64,000 nucleotides of DNA from Octopus vulgaris (Eukaryota). Each line of letters opens with the position of its first letter. Position 1 is the stretch's first letter. Below the pieces are notes generated by a model. The model was not told the DNA's origin and did not search any database. It was given only the letters and a program-made list of their open reading frames with translations. Location: the NCBI GenBank assembly GCA_951406725.2, contig OX597819.1, positions 95,170,001 through 95,234,000 on the forward strand. Reading direction: 5' to 3'. Position numbers and translations under genes: made by a program. Below, in pieces: positions 1 through 12,907 of this stretch.

Positions 1-347
1 GGATTAAGTCGATTATATCGACCCCAGTGCGTAATTGGTACTTATTTAATCGACCCCGAAAGGATGAAAGTCAACGTCGGCGGAATTTGAACTCAGAACG
101 TAGCGGCAGACAAAATACCTATTTCTTTACTACCCATAAGGGGATAAACACAGAGAGGACAAACAAGGACAGACAAACGGATTAAGTCGATTACATCGAC
201 CCCAGTGCATAACTGGTACTTAATTTATCGATCCCGAAAGGATGAAAGGCAAAGTCGACCTCGGCGGAATTTGAACTCAGAACGTAACGGCAGACGAAAT
301 ACGGCTACACATTTCGCCCGGCGTGCTAACGTTTCTGCCAGCTCGCT
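1..347 (-). mobile_element. tRNA-derived SINE family A: full copy (about 120-347) plus tandem partial copy (1-119)
   Basis: Minus strand reads GCGAGCTGGCAGAAACGTTAGCACGCCGGG (A-box-like) ... GAGTTCAAATTCC (B-box-like) ... GCCTTTCATCCTTTCGGGATCGATAAA ... tail GGGTAGTAAAGAAATA. About ten copies occur in the window. Confidence 0.9.
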
Positions 348-785
348 GTATAATTTCAGATATATTATATCTGAAAATAGAGGAAACCGACATGGTTGGA
401 AGGACGTTAGTCATAGATCAGATCCATCAAGGCAGATCCGGAGCAACGCAACAACGTATATCATTCATGAATCGAACATTCAGTTGATCGAACCACTGTA
501 TGTTAATCGTCTTGTCCGACGTTGAAGCCATCTTTAAGAGAGTGCGAATGGTCAAGTGGATAGGGGACAAAATGACAGATCAAAAACACTCAAATTACTC
601 AGTCTTCGAGAAACAGCAGCTAAATCTCTCTTAAATCATGCCCTACAGTCTAAAATGGAGAAGTACATTGGATGTACCACATCTGAAAATGACGTGGTAT
701 TTTTCGTGGCTGGAACTCTTTCAGTGGAGCAGGATTAACCTGGAGCTAAGCAGCAAGAACAACATTTATTATACAGAATTGCTTA

Positions 786-955
786 AGGCCGTGAGCTGGC
801 AGAATCGTTAGCACGCCGGGCAAAATGCTTAGCGATATTTCGTCCGTCTTTACGTTTGCGTTCAAATTCTACTGGGGTCAATTTTGCTTTTCATCCTTTC
901 GGAGTCGATAAAGTAAGTAGCAAACTTGATGGCCTTGTACCAAAATTCAAAACCA
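786..955 (+). mobile_element. SINE family A, older diverged copy
   Basis: GAGCTGGCAGAATCGTTAGCACGCCGGGC...GTTCAAATTC...TTTCATCCTTTCGGAGTCGATAAA. Confidence 0.8.
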
Positions 956-1792
956 TTATACAGAATAATTTAATTTAATTTTTTTTGAGAGCGTGCAAAT
1001 AGCCAAGTAAGCATCCAATGAAGAAGCACTTAAAAGCAATTAGAGCATCGAATAGAATGACTTTCATAACGGTTCTCTACGCCCTGAGTTCAACGTTGCC
1101 GTCTCTAACAGTTCTCTACGCCCAAAGTGAACGTTTGCCGTCCATTGTTGAAGTTGACAAACAAAGTACAAGTTGAATACAGGGATTGTGTCTTTTAATA
1201 TAAATATCACTAAAATAGTGCAATTGGTTAATTTTACAACATTTGTCATCCTGATAAAAGTAACTTTTTAAAAAAGAAAAACAGTTATATTTTAAATGTG
1301 ATATCGGCACAGAAAGAAGTTAGCTCTATCTAGCTGATTGAAAGATTCGGTTTCAACATTTCATCAGTTAACATCATTTCCTTTCTCTTATCCCATAAAT
1401 GTCTCCGGATATCAAGAACTCTGACTAGTCTAATTCTTCTTTCTGGTAGCTTTCATTGTTTTGTTTCTTCGTAAGAAATATTTCTTTGTTTGAGATAATT
1501 TAGAAAAACAAGAGGGGAGAACAAGGGAATAAAAGAAAAACATAACATGCGTTGTTCTGTGAATGGTGGTATGACCTCTCACATCATTCTGCTTCTTTTG
1601 TTTTAATTGTTGTTTTGTATGAATAACACTCCAAAATAATACTAGTTCTGGTTCCACTTGATGTTGGTATAGATGGATAAGTTGTATTCCATCTAATATG
1701 ACCCTACTCAGAAGGCCGTAATATCATTTGACAGGAACACGGTATAAAGAAATACATGGAACAAGTTGGTAACTTTAAATGTCGGCCACACG

Positions 1793-1794
<2 letters not shown>

Positions 1795-1833
<39 letters not shown>

Positions 1834-1855
1834 CAAATACAGATGTCGGCCACAC

Positions 1856-1897
<42 letters not shown>
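1795..1897. repeat. (TA)n microsatellite, interrupted by a short duplication of ATGTCGGCCACACGTA
   Basis: Direct reading. Confidence 0.9.
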
Positions 1898-1902
<5 letters not shown>

Positions 1903-2051
1903 ATACAATACATATATAAGTTTTTATTGTATCCCTGGTTTTTATGCGCTAAGCCACTTGGTGTTAAATTGATGGTATTATTAAATTAATATCTCATTTT
2001 TTCACCCTTATTTTTTATATATATATGTATATATATATATATATATATATA

Positions 2052-2525
2052 CAAGCTGAATGATAAATGGAAATGGTTGATGAACATTTATTCATATATC
2101 TACATGCATCTGCGTGGGTTGTATGTTAGCTGTTAACTCTGGCGAGAAAGCTCACGAACAGTGATATATTAGAACCTGTGCAGTGTGTTGGTGCTGTGTA
2201 GAGATGTTGACGACGTTGGTAAGAGACGTGACGGTGGCTACGAATATGAAAGTCACTGTAATGTGGTCAGAGGTTAGACCTTATAAGGTCTGGAACTAAC
2301 AGGCACAGAGACTAGGAGGTGGTGAGCTTTCATAGCCAACGGCAGGCTCAAATGGAGTTTAGAACAGACTGTCTCACGTGATTCATTTAGAGGCTGCGAT
2401 TGGTTAGGTTGCATATTGGCGCGCGTTAGAGTAAGAGACAAATTGCGCCAATACCAACCAATCAGAGCGGTAGACACAACGGGGTCCAAAACAGCGTCCA
2501 AAGGTTAGCTGCTACTTGCTACGTT
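2052..2525 (-). mobile_element. LTR- or terminal-repeat-like island between microsatellites (unclassified)
   Basis: GC-richer than the flanks. On the minus strand there are CCAAT boxes (about 2398-2463), TATAA (about 2281) and AATAAA (about 2088) in promoter-to-polyA order. No clear TG..CA ends or TSD. Confidence 0.35.
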
Positions 2526-3041
2526 CGTATGTATGTATATATAATAGAGAGGAAGTTCACTAGAGTTCGCTGCAATGGGACTCAATATTGGTTCCTATGA
2601 TTTGGTTTCGAATCACATTTGGGACCTTTTCATTTCAACTATTTAATATATTCCATGCTCATGTAATGCCTCGGTAGTCCTGAGCAGCTCAGATTCTTCG
2701 ATAGGAAGCCGTTGTGGTTAAGCAATAATAGGTCAAACATAATTGAGCAGAGCAAATGATTAAAATGTATTTCAGCTGTGAGCTTCCAGCTGGGTTTTGT
2801 TTTTTCCAGTGCAACTAGGATCACATGGCGCAGAGCCCTTTTCTTTTATAAATGAAAGTATGTACGTAATTTGAGGACACTGGCTACTATTACTAGTGCC
2901 ACAAGCGACCACATATAGCTGCTTAGTTGACACAGTAGCATGAAGTGGATAGAAGAAAATGCCAGTAATTTGCTGCTGGTCTGCTAGTTTATATCAGACT
3001 GGAGTAATTTGGGTGGAAGTTTTCTGTGTAGAAACTCAACG

Positions 3042-3077
<36 letters not shown>

Positions 3078-3103
3078 CTTATGTAATACCATATTCACCT
3101 AGT

Positions 3104-3284
3104 CACTAGCGTAGCTGGGGGTGGAGCTGTAGGGGCGGTCCGCCTCGGGCTGCAGGTTTAATGGGGCGGCACTTTTTATCCTGTTGTAGGTTATTGCTGT
3201 AGGCAATGTGTTTTTTTTTATGGGGTTCGGGGGCGGCAAACGGAAGAGCAGCCCCAGGCGGCACACACTCTAGCTATGCTAGTA
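3104..3284. mobile_element. hAT-like MITE (181 bp)
   Basis: TIRs CACTAGCGTAGCT / AGCTATGCTAGTA; perfect 8-bp TSD CACCTAGT at 3096-3103 and 3285-3292. Confidence 0.85.
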
Positions 3285-4142
3285 CACCTAGTTCTCTTAC
3301 ACCATATACTTTGAACTGTATGTCGATTTCGGCATATGAATATTCCAGTTGTTCTATCACTCAAGCCTCATACTCATTGAAATTATAATGTAAATGTCTG
3401 AGTATTCCAAACATTTGTGGTAATTATCAGTCAGAAGCAGTAAAACATTGTAACTCAATTTCTTTTGAATTATATATAATTATATATCCACCAAGAAGAG
3501 GTGCATGGCTAAGTGGTTAAGTTGTTACATTCATTTTCGTAGGATTGTGATTTCGTTCCAGCACTGGGCGAATTGTTTTGTTCTTGAGCAAAATGCCCCA
3601 TCCCCCCCATATCCGTTCAGCAGTCCACTCAGCTGGCAAAAATGAGTAATTGCGCAAAGGACCGGTGTTCCATCTGGAAGTAGGGAAGATATATATATAC
3701 GCCACAGAATCCGAGAAACCTGCCTTATGATCCTATGGTTCGGGAAAGGTTGTTTATCCTTTTTTGCTTCTTTGATAAATAAATAAGGTCTACCCAACAG
3801 ACAGTTTCATTCTACACTATGTTTGTCACATGGTTCGGACAGGCAAGAGGACTCAGGGGTGTAATAGCTGTGAACTAAATTTTTTAATCATTCTCTCATG
3901 CGACTATATATCTTTAAACACGTATACTAGTCATTTCACAATATCAGCTTTAGTCATAAGTTACATCTTAGAACCATGGTTGTCAAACGGTGAGCTGCGG
4001 ATTAAAAAAAAATATAATGTAAGGCATTATAAAATCGATGCTAATACCTAAGCTTTCTTCAAAACCTTGCTATAACTTTGTTATAAACAACTATGATTAG
4101 TAAAGTAAGTTAAACAACGTCTTCTAATTTAGCTTCGCGCCT

Positions 4143-4590
4143 TCCAAAGCTTTGTGAGTGGATTTGGTTGACGGAAACTGAAAGATGCCTATCATTTATA
4201 CATACATACGTACGTACCTACGTATGTATGTATGTATGTATGTATGTATGTATGTATGTATGTATGTATGTATGCATGCATGCATGCATGCATGCATGTA
4301 TGTATGCATGCATGCATGTATGTATGTATGTATGTATGTATGTATGTATGTATGTATGTATGTATGTATGTATGTATGTATGTATGTATGTATGCATGCA
4401 TGTATGTATAACGTTTTGTTTCTGTTTGTGTTTGTCCACCACCGCCGTTTGACAACCGATGTTGGATTGTTTACGTCCCCAAAATTTAGTGGTTCGGCAA
4501 GAGATACTACTAGAATAAGTACCAAGTTTAAAAAAAAGTCCTTTGGATGATTTGTTCGACTAAATCCAATATGCAGCAGTCTAATGTCGG
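4143..4590 (+). mobile_element. SINE family B, 5'-truncated, with internal (TATG)n expansion (about 4200-4410)
   Basis: CCAAAGCTTTGTGAGTGGATTTGG..ACGGAAACTGAAAG before the microsatellite and GACAACCGATG..TTTACGTCCCC..GGTTCGGCAA..TAGAATAAGTACC after it match the copies at 9871-10743. Confidence 0.8.
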
Positions 4591-5049
4591 AAACAAGATA
4601 ATTTTTAAAATTTAATATATGTATACACATCTCTCTCTCTCACTCTGTCTCTCTCTCTCACTCTGTCTGTCTCTCTCACTCTGTCTGTCTCTCTCCTCTC
4701 TCTCACTCTATCTCTCCTCCTCTCTCTCCCCATGTTTCTCTCTATACACACACGCATAACACACGCGCGCACACGCACACACATGATGACCCCCCACCCC
4801 CACCCCCACCCCATCTGATTATTTAAATTTTACGTTCTTGATCATTTGATCGTCAGATTGGATACAAAGTGTTACCTAAAATACCGTCTGCTGATCGGAA
4901 ACGTGTTATTGCAATAACAAAATGAGGAGTCCAGGTGTTACGATCATAAATAACACTCTCTCTGTCTCTCGCTGAACGTGAGAGCTGTTTTCCACTTCCT
5001 CTCTGCACTTGCATTCTCTCTCCTTCTCTCTCTTTCTCCGCGCACGCGC

Positions 5050-5087
<38 letters not shown>

Positions 5088-5794
5088 TTAATTTTCCATG
5101 TGAAATGCGCCAATAATTTTTTATTTGATTTCCAGTGTGCCAGGAAGTCATAAGGACAGAAACTCATTGGCTAAGAGCCTCTCGGTCTAAATGACTTCGC
5201 AAGTTTAAATTTTTTTCTCATTCGTTATAATTTTGTTTGTATTAAGCAAGGATTTGGCTCGCTTAACCAAATTTATAAAATTAACATTAACAAATTAAGC
5301 CAAATTATTAACGTAGATCATTTTTTACTGCTTTTTGTTGGATTTTGTTGTTATATAATTATAATTAAATATGAATTATTATTAAATTTTATATAGAGCT
5401 GTTTTTTTTTTCTTTTGTTAATTAAAGACGGGTATTTTGCTGGGGAAGTGATATAAGCAAACCGATGATGGTTTGATTATTTCACTCACCTGTTCTAGAC
5501 TTGTTGTTAGGAAAATGCACGCATATCACACATCTCATTTACATACCCTATAAAATATGTTAATTTGGACCATTTCAAAAATGGAACAGTATTTATATTA
5601 AACGTGAGCTCTCTTGCAGTAAAAGATAATCCAAGACGTTTGACTATACCACATGCTTTCAATTTGATCGCCTTCACATTAAGGGAAACAACTTCTTAAA
5701 TTGGTGAAAGGTAGTTCACAGTACATACGGACGCTGGTACATTCGTCTCCATAAAGACCTAATTGTCGTTCATCGTCATGATATTTGATTTTGA

Positions 5795-6621
5795 TGTACA
5801 ATTAATAACCCTAAACGTATGTATTTATATATGTTCTTCAGTGTCGTTTCTAGGGTCCCACTTCTGACCTATTTATGCTTTACCTTGCTGTCAATAAATA
5901 AATACTATATGGTCCAGTACTGATTTGCTCGGGGCATACAATACTGCTATGACGGCCTTGTTGTTCTTTGTACTAGTTTAACATTACTACTTAAAACCGT
6001 TGGTGTCTTTAGTTATTAAAGCTTTGGTAAGCTATACGCAAACAAACTAGTGGAGACCAGAAGACATTTATCAAAGGTTTATTACTTTACGTACATCAGG
6101 GCTTAAGTAGTCAGTTATTTCTGTTTAGTTCATTCAGATTCGTTTCACACTCACTGTTGACATTCTTTTTGTTTTTCTTCTACTGGAAGTCTTTTTTTGG
6201 TTTTCTGCTGACCAACTTCCGAGCTAGCCCGCAGCGAAGTTTCTGTCTGCAGTTCGTCTGTCGCGAATCCTGTTCTACAGTGGTTAAGTTAATTAACCCT
6301 CTTACTAATTAATAACAGTCAAGCATATATTAATATTATTGTACTACGTTTATCCCGCTCTTGTGAGATAGATAATTAATGTTTCATAAAATGATAATAG
6401 GATACGAAGTAATGCCCACCTGAAAAGATAGACATCAAAATGTCGCTTGTCCTGAGATAGATTAGTCTAGAACCAGCTTAGAAAACTAATAACTACAATA
6501 CTGTTATGCGATACGCTTCTCCTTCATGAGAAGCTACCAGAGTATTCTGGAAATACTGAAGTGGCACAACAACCCCTGTAGCTGCTACATTACCTTAACG
6601 CTAATATCATTTTAGTGTACA
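5795..6621. mobile_element. possible solo LTR
   Basis: Bounded by TGTACA...TGTACA (TG..CA), unique complexity, polyA-like signals; no convincing TSD. Confidence 0.3.
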
Positions 6622-8013
6622 GATAGTGAACCTATGACATGTTACAGATTTTTGGGTGACTTTGGTATGGATGGACTTTGAAAATAAAAATCTTCTAGCA
6701 ATATTATATTGTAAAAATCTTATCTACAAACATAAATCTATATATGTGACACTCAATATATTAGAATTATTAAATAAATTAAAAATTTGACACGCTAGGC
6801 TTAAATAAAAGTTGACCAATATCGCTCTTGTGAAACACCCTCTCAGGAGTTGTGATAATGACCTAGAAACTATCACATCAAAGTAGGACAACATATTCAG
6901 GAGCTGTCATATTATCTTAACATTCTAGTGATTTACATTTAACAGACGATGCACCTACTGACTTCCCCACCACCAACACCGCACTATATTTGTGTTGTAA
7001 AGAAGTTAATTCACTGTTTCGCGTTTATATATCTCTGTAATGTATATTTATTTGTCTATATGCAGTCTGTATACTTTATTTATCTTACTGTCTATATGTT
7101 AATTTTACTTTGTCTCTCTTAAGGTCGGTTTCTTTCGTAGGTTACAACGATTCATATTTCTCACACGTAGTGTTTCTTCATATTCCATCAGAAGGACAAG
7201 TGGTACCTTGTAGATAAAGAAATGGAAAAAGACAGAAAAAAATTATTGTAGCGCGACCATAAAACAAGTGTTCGTTAGTGCTTTTAATTAATGCACAACG
7301 CAAGCAATTTTGATTAAAAGGGACTAGTGGATTACATCATCTCTAGTACCTGAGTGTTACTTTATTTTATCGACCCTAAAATGATGAACGCAAAGTTTAC
7401 CACGATGAGATATATTCTTAGAAAGTAAAGAACAAGAAGAAATGAAACAAGGTATTTTGTCCAACTGTCTAACGATTCCATTAATATGACATCCCTTAGT
7501 GATAAATTGGCTTTGAAATTGGACACAAAGACGCACATTATATCGACTCAAGTACCTGGAAGCATCGAATGTAAAGTCAGCTTCAGTGGGCTTTGAAAGG
7601 CAAAGTAAAGTGCTAGCAGTAAAGTGAAATATCGATCTTTTAACGGTTTATTCAGAGAAAGATGGGTAGGATCCATGATCTAAAAAAGACTGTTGAGTAG
7701 CAAGTGATGAACCACAACTCAACAATTACATTGAAACAAGCGGGCTTCTGCATTGCTCCTGTGAAATATATTTCGCTCACAAAGCTCGAGTCAATCCGAA
7801 GTTATGGAAGAAGGTACTGCGTAATGGGATCAAACTTGTACGAAGCTCTTAAGCCATAAGGTGTACTTACGAATAAGGGAATTGTCTGTGCCTGTATATT
7901 ACTCTTTCCTCTTTCTCTTTCTCTCTCTCTCACCCATTCTCGCCAATTCTCATCACTCTCTTTCTCTCCTTTCTTTCTCTCTCTCTCCCTTTCTCTCTCT
8001 CTCTTTCTATATG

Positions 8014-8077
<64 letters not shown>

Positions 8078-8514
8078 TGTGTATGTGTATAGTAAAATTA
8101 TATGTACTAGCAGAGAGTTTTCTGCTAGTCACTTGATAATATTTTCGCATTTGATTGCTAATTCTAATAAATTTTATGATATTTTACGTGTAATTATTTC
8201 TTTGTATAATAGTACTCGCTTAGTAAATTTTGCTTTCATTATTTTATCACAGTCATAATCACTTTTTTAAACAAACATCAAAGTAGTCCAACTACATTTA
8301 GTGTGCAAAAAAATAGCAGCGATCACAAAGAGATATTTTTATACATATGGCGTATCAAATAGTCATAATAACAAATTCACTTGATAATGCTTAGATAATG
8401 ACAGAAAGGAATTAAGTCGCATGAGTTCGAAGATTCAGTAGGTTTTAATAAGTTGTCAAATATAATTTATTTCCAGTATGTATAAACAATAAACTGAGGG
8501 CATTTACTCAGCGA

Positions 8515-8655
<141 letters not shown>

Positions 8656-9870
8656 CACACATACGTACACAGACGCACAAAAGTCTGGTGCTGTGAGAAC
8701 ACATGATGTTTCCTTACTTTTTCAAATATACCCAAATTTAAAATTATATAATATAACGGTATCATTCACCTGGTACGTGTTGAAATATGTCAAACTAACT
8801 TAATTCCTCATAAAATATATGTTACTTTACAAATTAATTTATATGTTAATTTCATTTATTGCAACTTGCTAAAAAACATATTTTGCTTTAAAGTAGTATC
8901 TCCTTGTAGACACAATTGTCAGCAATCATACTGCTTCCATTTCTCTCAGTCAATATTTTTACATTAGCCTTCTTTCGAACTCTAGATAATGCAACATACA
9001 GCTGACCACGTGAGAAGAATTGTGTCGGAAAATATATTCCAATTTGTTCAAAAGTCTGTCCCTGTGTCTTGTTGCACGTCAAGGCAAAAGCTGGCTTGAC
9101 AGGAAATTGTTTGCGCGTAAATGTGTATGAAAATTCCATTTCTTGAGATAAATGTGGTATTCTTGGGATTAACAGTGGTGATCCTGCTTAAGGACCAGAA
9201 GCAATCTCAGCCTCATCAATATGATCATGTAAAGTGACAATGATGTAGCGTGCGCAATTGCAATGTCTATTAGTAGCATCTAAATTTCTCAAAAGCATTA
9301 TGCAGCATTTTTTATTCAGTTTGAAAATGTATGGTGGAGACCGTGATGGTGTAAATTTGTTGATGAATTCGATTGGGTGCAGAATTTCATTATCAACTGT
9401 ATCTGAGCTTCTGTATAATTTTAGCTCACCAGGGATCCTGGTCAACAGAAAATCATTCACAAATTGTGTTGCTTCATTTGTTGATGTAACAATGGTTTTC
9501 TTTGCAAGCCACGCAGGGTTTGTGAAGTTATTTTTGACGCCAGCATATACAAAATCACACAGATCTGAAAGAATACCACTTTCAAGACAAAGGTCATTGA
9601 GTAGCTTGATTTTGAATTAACCTATGCTTTGTTCAACAAAAACGTTACAATTTCCTACATCAGTAACGTAATTAGCAAACTCTCTTTCATCAGAATGACC
9701 TTCAGTAAGAAGTCTTAGATTGGTTGTCAACTCCACAACTTTCACATTGTCCCAAAGAAAAGATCTCTTTAGTGTTGCATCAACAATTATTGATCTGACA
9801 CCTTGGCGTACACATGGAAGAATTTGTTTCTAGTCACCGGATAATAATACTGTAAGTTCACCAAAAGGTT

Positions 9871-10273
9871 TACTCTTTTACTTGTTTCAGTCATTTGACT
9901 GCGGCCATGCTGGAGCACCGCCTTTTAGTCGAGCAAATGGACCACAGGACTTAGTCTTTGTAAGCCTAGTACTTATTCTATCGGCCTTCTTTTGCCGAAT
10001 CGCTAAGTTACGGGGACGTAAATACACCAGCATCGGTTGTCAAGTGATGTTGGGGGGACAAACACATATACACACACATACACATATATATATATATATA
10101 TATATACATATATACGACGGGCTTCTTTCAGTTTCCGTCTACCAAATCCACTCACAAGGCTTTGGTCCGCCCGAGGCTATAGTAGAAGACACTTACCCAT
10201 GGTGCAACGCAGTAGGAATGAACCCGGAACCATGTAGTTGGCAAGTAAGCTACTTACCACACAGCCACTCCTG
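9871..10273 (-). mobile_element. tRNA-derived SINE family B (about 400 bp, internal TA/CA microsatellite, (AAAAGAGT)n tail), inserted in the Helitron
   Basis: Minus-strand head CAGGAGTGGCTGTGTGGTAAG..GGTTCCGGGTTCATTCC; tail TGACTGAAACAAGTAAAAGAGTAA. Confidence 0.9.
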
Positions 10274-10341
10274 TTACACTCTCGCACATCACGCAAGCAC
10301 CTATCAAGGTACTCAAAGATATGCTTATGCCTCATACTGAT

Positions 10342-10743
10342 ACTCTCTTTTACTCTTTTACTCTTTTACTTGTTTCAGTCATTTGACTGCGGCCATGCTG
10401 GAGCACCGCCTTTAGTCGAGCAAATCGACCCCGGGACTTATTCTTTGTAAGCCCAGTACTTATTCCATCGATCTCTTTTGCCGAACCGCTAAGTAACGGG
10501 GACGTAAATACACCAGCATCGGTTGTCAAGCAATGCTAGGGGGACAAACACACACACACACATATATATATATATACATATATACGACAGGCCTCTTTCA
10601 GTTTCCGTCTACCAAATCCACTCACAAGGCTTTGGTCCGCCCGATGCTATAGTAGAAGACACTTACCTATGGTGCAACGCAGTGGGAATGAACCCGGAAC
10701 CATGTAGTTGGCAAGTAAGCTACTTACCACACAGCCACTCCTG
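10342..10743 (-). mobile_element. SINE family B, second (chimeric) copy
   Basis: Same structure as 9871-10273 with (CTCTTTTA)n at the left end; followed by a second copy of the same 68-bp Helitron segment. Confidence 0.9.
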
Positions 10744-11299
10744 TTACACTCTCGCACATCACGCAAGCACCTATCAAGGTACTCAAAGATATGCTTATGC
10801 CTCATACTGATCTCATCAATAACTAACAGATCCGCTTGCTGCATAAACTTTCATGTTGCATCTCTCTTGGGGAAACTGCATGTTGACTCTACAGTGACGC
10901 TGAGAGAAATTTTGAACTTAGAACGAAGAGTTCTTCCTTTGTGAAACAAAGTTGGTGCAATACCGGTAGCAATTGCAATTTTTTTTAAGTATAAGGTAAT
11001 TAAGTACATACGTTAAGTACATGTGTTTTCCCTATGTCACCACTTGCATTCAAGCACATAATTCTTCTTTCTTTTCTATTTACGGACTGGACAGCTGTAT
11101 CAACAACTAATCTTTGCTCACTATTCAAAGTTGGCAGAAGTTCATTAATGGTTTGTTGCAGTTGTTCTTGATTAAAATTGGTTTCTTCTCTAACCATACA
11201 TGGAATATTTATATCTGGTCATACTTACATCTGGTCGAAGAATACTAAAGTACCTGTAGGTATCAAAGCCATCAATTTCAAGCCTTTCCTGGATTTTTC

Positions 11300-11348
<49 letters not shown>

Positions 11349-11709
11349 TGAGTGAGTAAGTGAGTGAATGAAAGACTGTTGCAAATGAAAACGGAAAATG
11401 TCGCCTGCTACGAATTAATATTGTTTATTATCAAACATTAAAATCTACCCCACAGTGAATACAACGAATATTTAAATTTGTGAAAAGTTGGAGTTCAAAA
11501 ATTCAATAAACTTCAGAAATCGAAATTATAGGAAATTTCTTGGAACATGAATTTATAAAAAAATTCCAGATGGCCAAGCTTTTAATAATTGCTTTCTTTT
11601 AGTACTTTTATTAATTGTTACATGCCTACTTAATGAGCAACTTTCTCCATTATAACACACACACATATATGCATATATGCATATATACATACATATATGT
11701 ACATACGTA

Positions 11710-11765
<56 letters not shown>

Positions 11766-11769
11766 TATA

Positions 11770-12160
11770 TGGGTACAGGACGTCATGAAATGTAAACAAT
11801 ATGAAATACGAAAACAACATGGAATACGTAGGCAAACTTGGGTATGCGAACAACGAGAGAAACAAATGGAAAGCAAGACAAGTAACATAAAGAACGACTC
11901 TTCATCAGTTGTCGGCTGTTCATCTACTCTACATTTCGAGCAATTAATGACAACATGAGGCTTCGAGAAACAGTTGCTCCCGCGAACCAAAATAAATATG
12001 GGATTTGCGGCGGGTCAAAGTTGGTAACAAAAACAGGACTGGGGAGATATACAACGAACCAAACGAAAACAAGCATGGAGAGCCGTTAGGCCAGACGAGG
12101 TAAGATAGCGAACGCTGGAGAGCAGAGATAACCGGCCTTGCTCGGGATTAGAATGGCATA
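11770..12160 (-). mobile_element. unclassified repeat inserted next to (TA)n, probably a PLE-type terminus
   Basis: Abuts (TA)n; the minus strand has CGAAA..GTAGAG and CTGATGAAG, ribozyme-like words; no complete fold seen. Confidence 0.35.
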
Positions 12161-12332
12161 GTTTTTTTATTGTTTCACTTGATTTAGTTATATGACTGTG
12201 GCCATGCTGGAGCAAATCGGCCACAGGATTATTCTTTGTAAGCCTAATATATATTCTATCAGTGTCTTTTACCGCTCATCCATTTCCAAGTAAGTTTATC
12301 TTATAATCATATACACACACACACACATATAA

Positions 12333-12414
<82 letters not shown>

Positions 12415-12474
12415 ATACAAGGATATAAATATATACATATATATATGTATATATATATGTATATATATATGTGC

Positions 12475-12507
<33 letters not shown>

Positions 12508-12869
12508 TGTATGTATGTATGTATGTATGTATGTATGTATATACAAACGTATATAAATACAACGTGAAACTAATAGAAATGGATCTAATATATACATACA
12601 CAATGAAAGTAATTGAAATTGAAGCCATGTAATAGTGAATCTATTATATCACATTACAATAGAGATATTATTGTTTCACTTTTGACATGTAATACCGAAA
12701 CAGTGTAAGAGATAAGGGATTGGTCCGGGCTCGCATTAGGCAAGAAGTTGAACATTCTTTTGGCCCATGACATCGACCCTAAGTAAGGCATGTGTAATAT
12801 TTGTACGAAATATGTTGGGTAGTTTTCGAGTTTTAGTGATGAACACATATAGACACACTCTCAGTTTTA

Positions 12870-12907
<38 letters not shown>

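Larger units (their letters stand above)
8888..11200 (-). mobile_element. Helitron Rep/Hel relic: PIF1-family SF1B helicase domain, pseudogenised and interrupted by SINEs
   Basis: Motifs in the expected order on the minus strand: LNSEQR..V..; ASGDIGKT (Walker A); LLVIDEISM; PFGELTVLLSGD*KQILP; LLRNLD...CN; RKQFPVKPAFALTCNKTQGQT; FSRGQLYVALSRV. Stops and frameshifts present. Confidence 0.93.

Noticed and set aside
4168-4630. Long ORFs such as [16 protein letters not shown] repeats (also at 8467, 11553, 12296, 16536, 26337, 36968, 45965, 54478, 63173)
   Set aside because: Translations of microsatellites that lack stop codons.
8888-11200. Host PIF1 helicase gene
   Set aside because: No intron structure, multiple stops and frameshifts, SINE insertions, Helitron-type motif wording.
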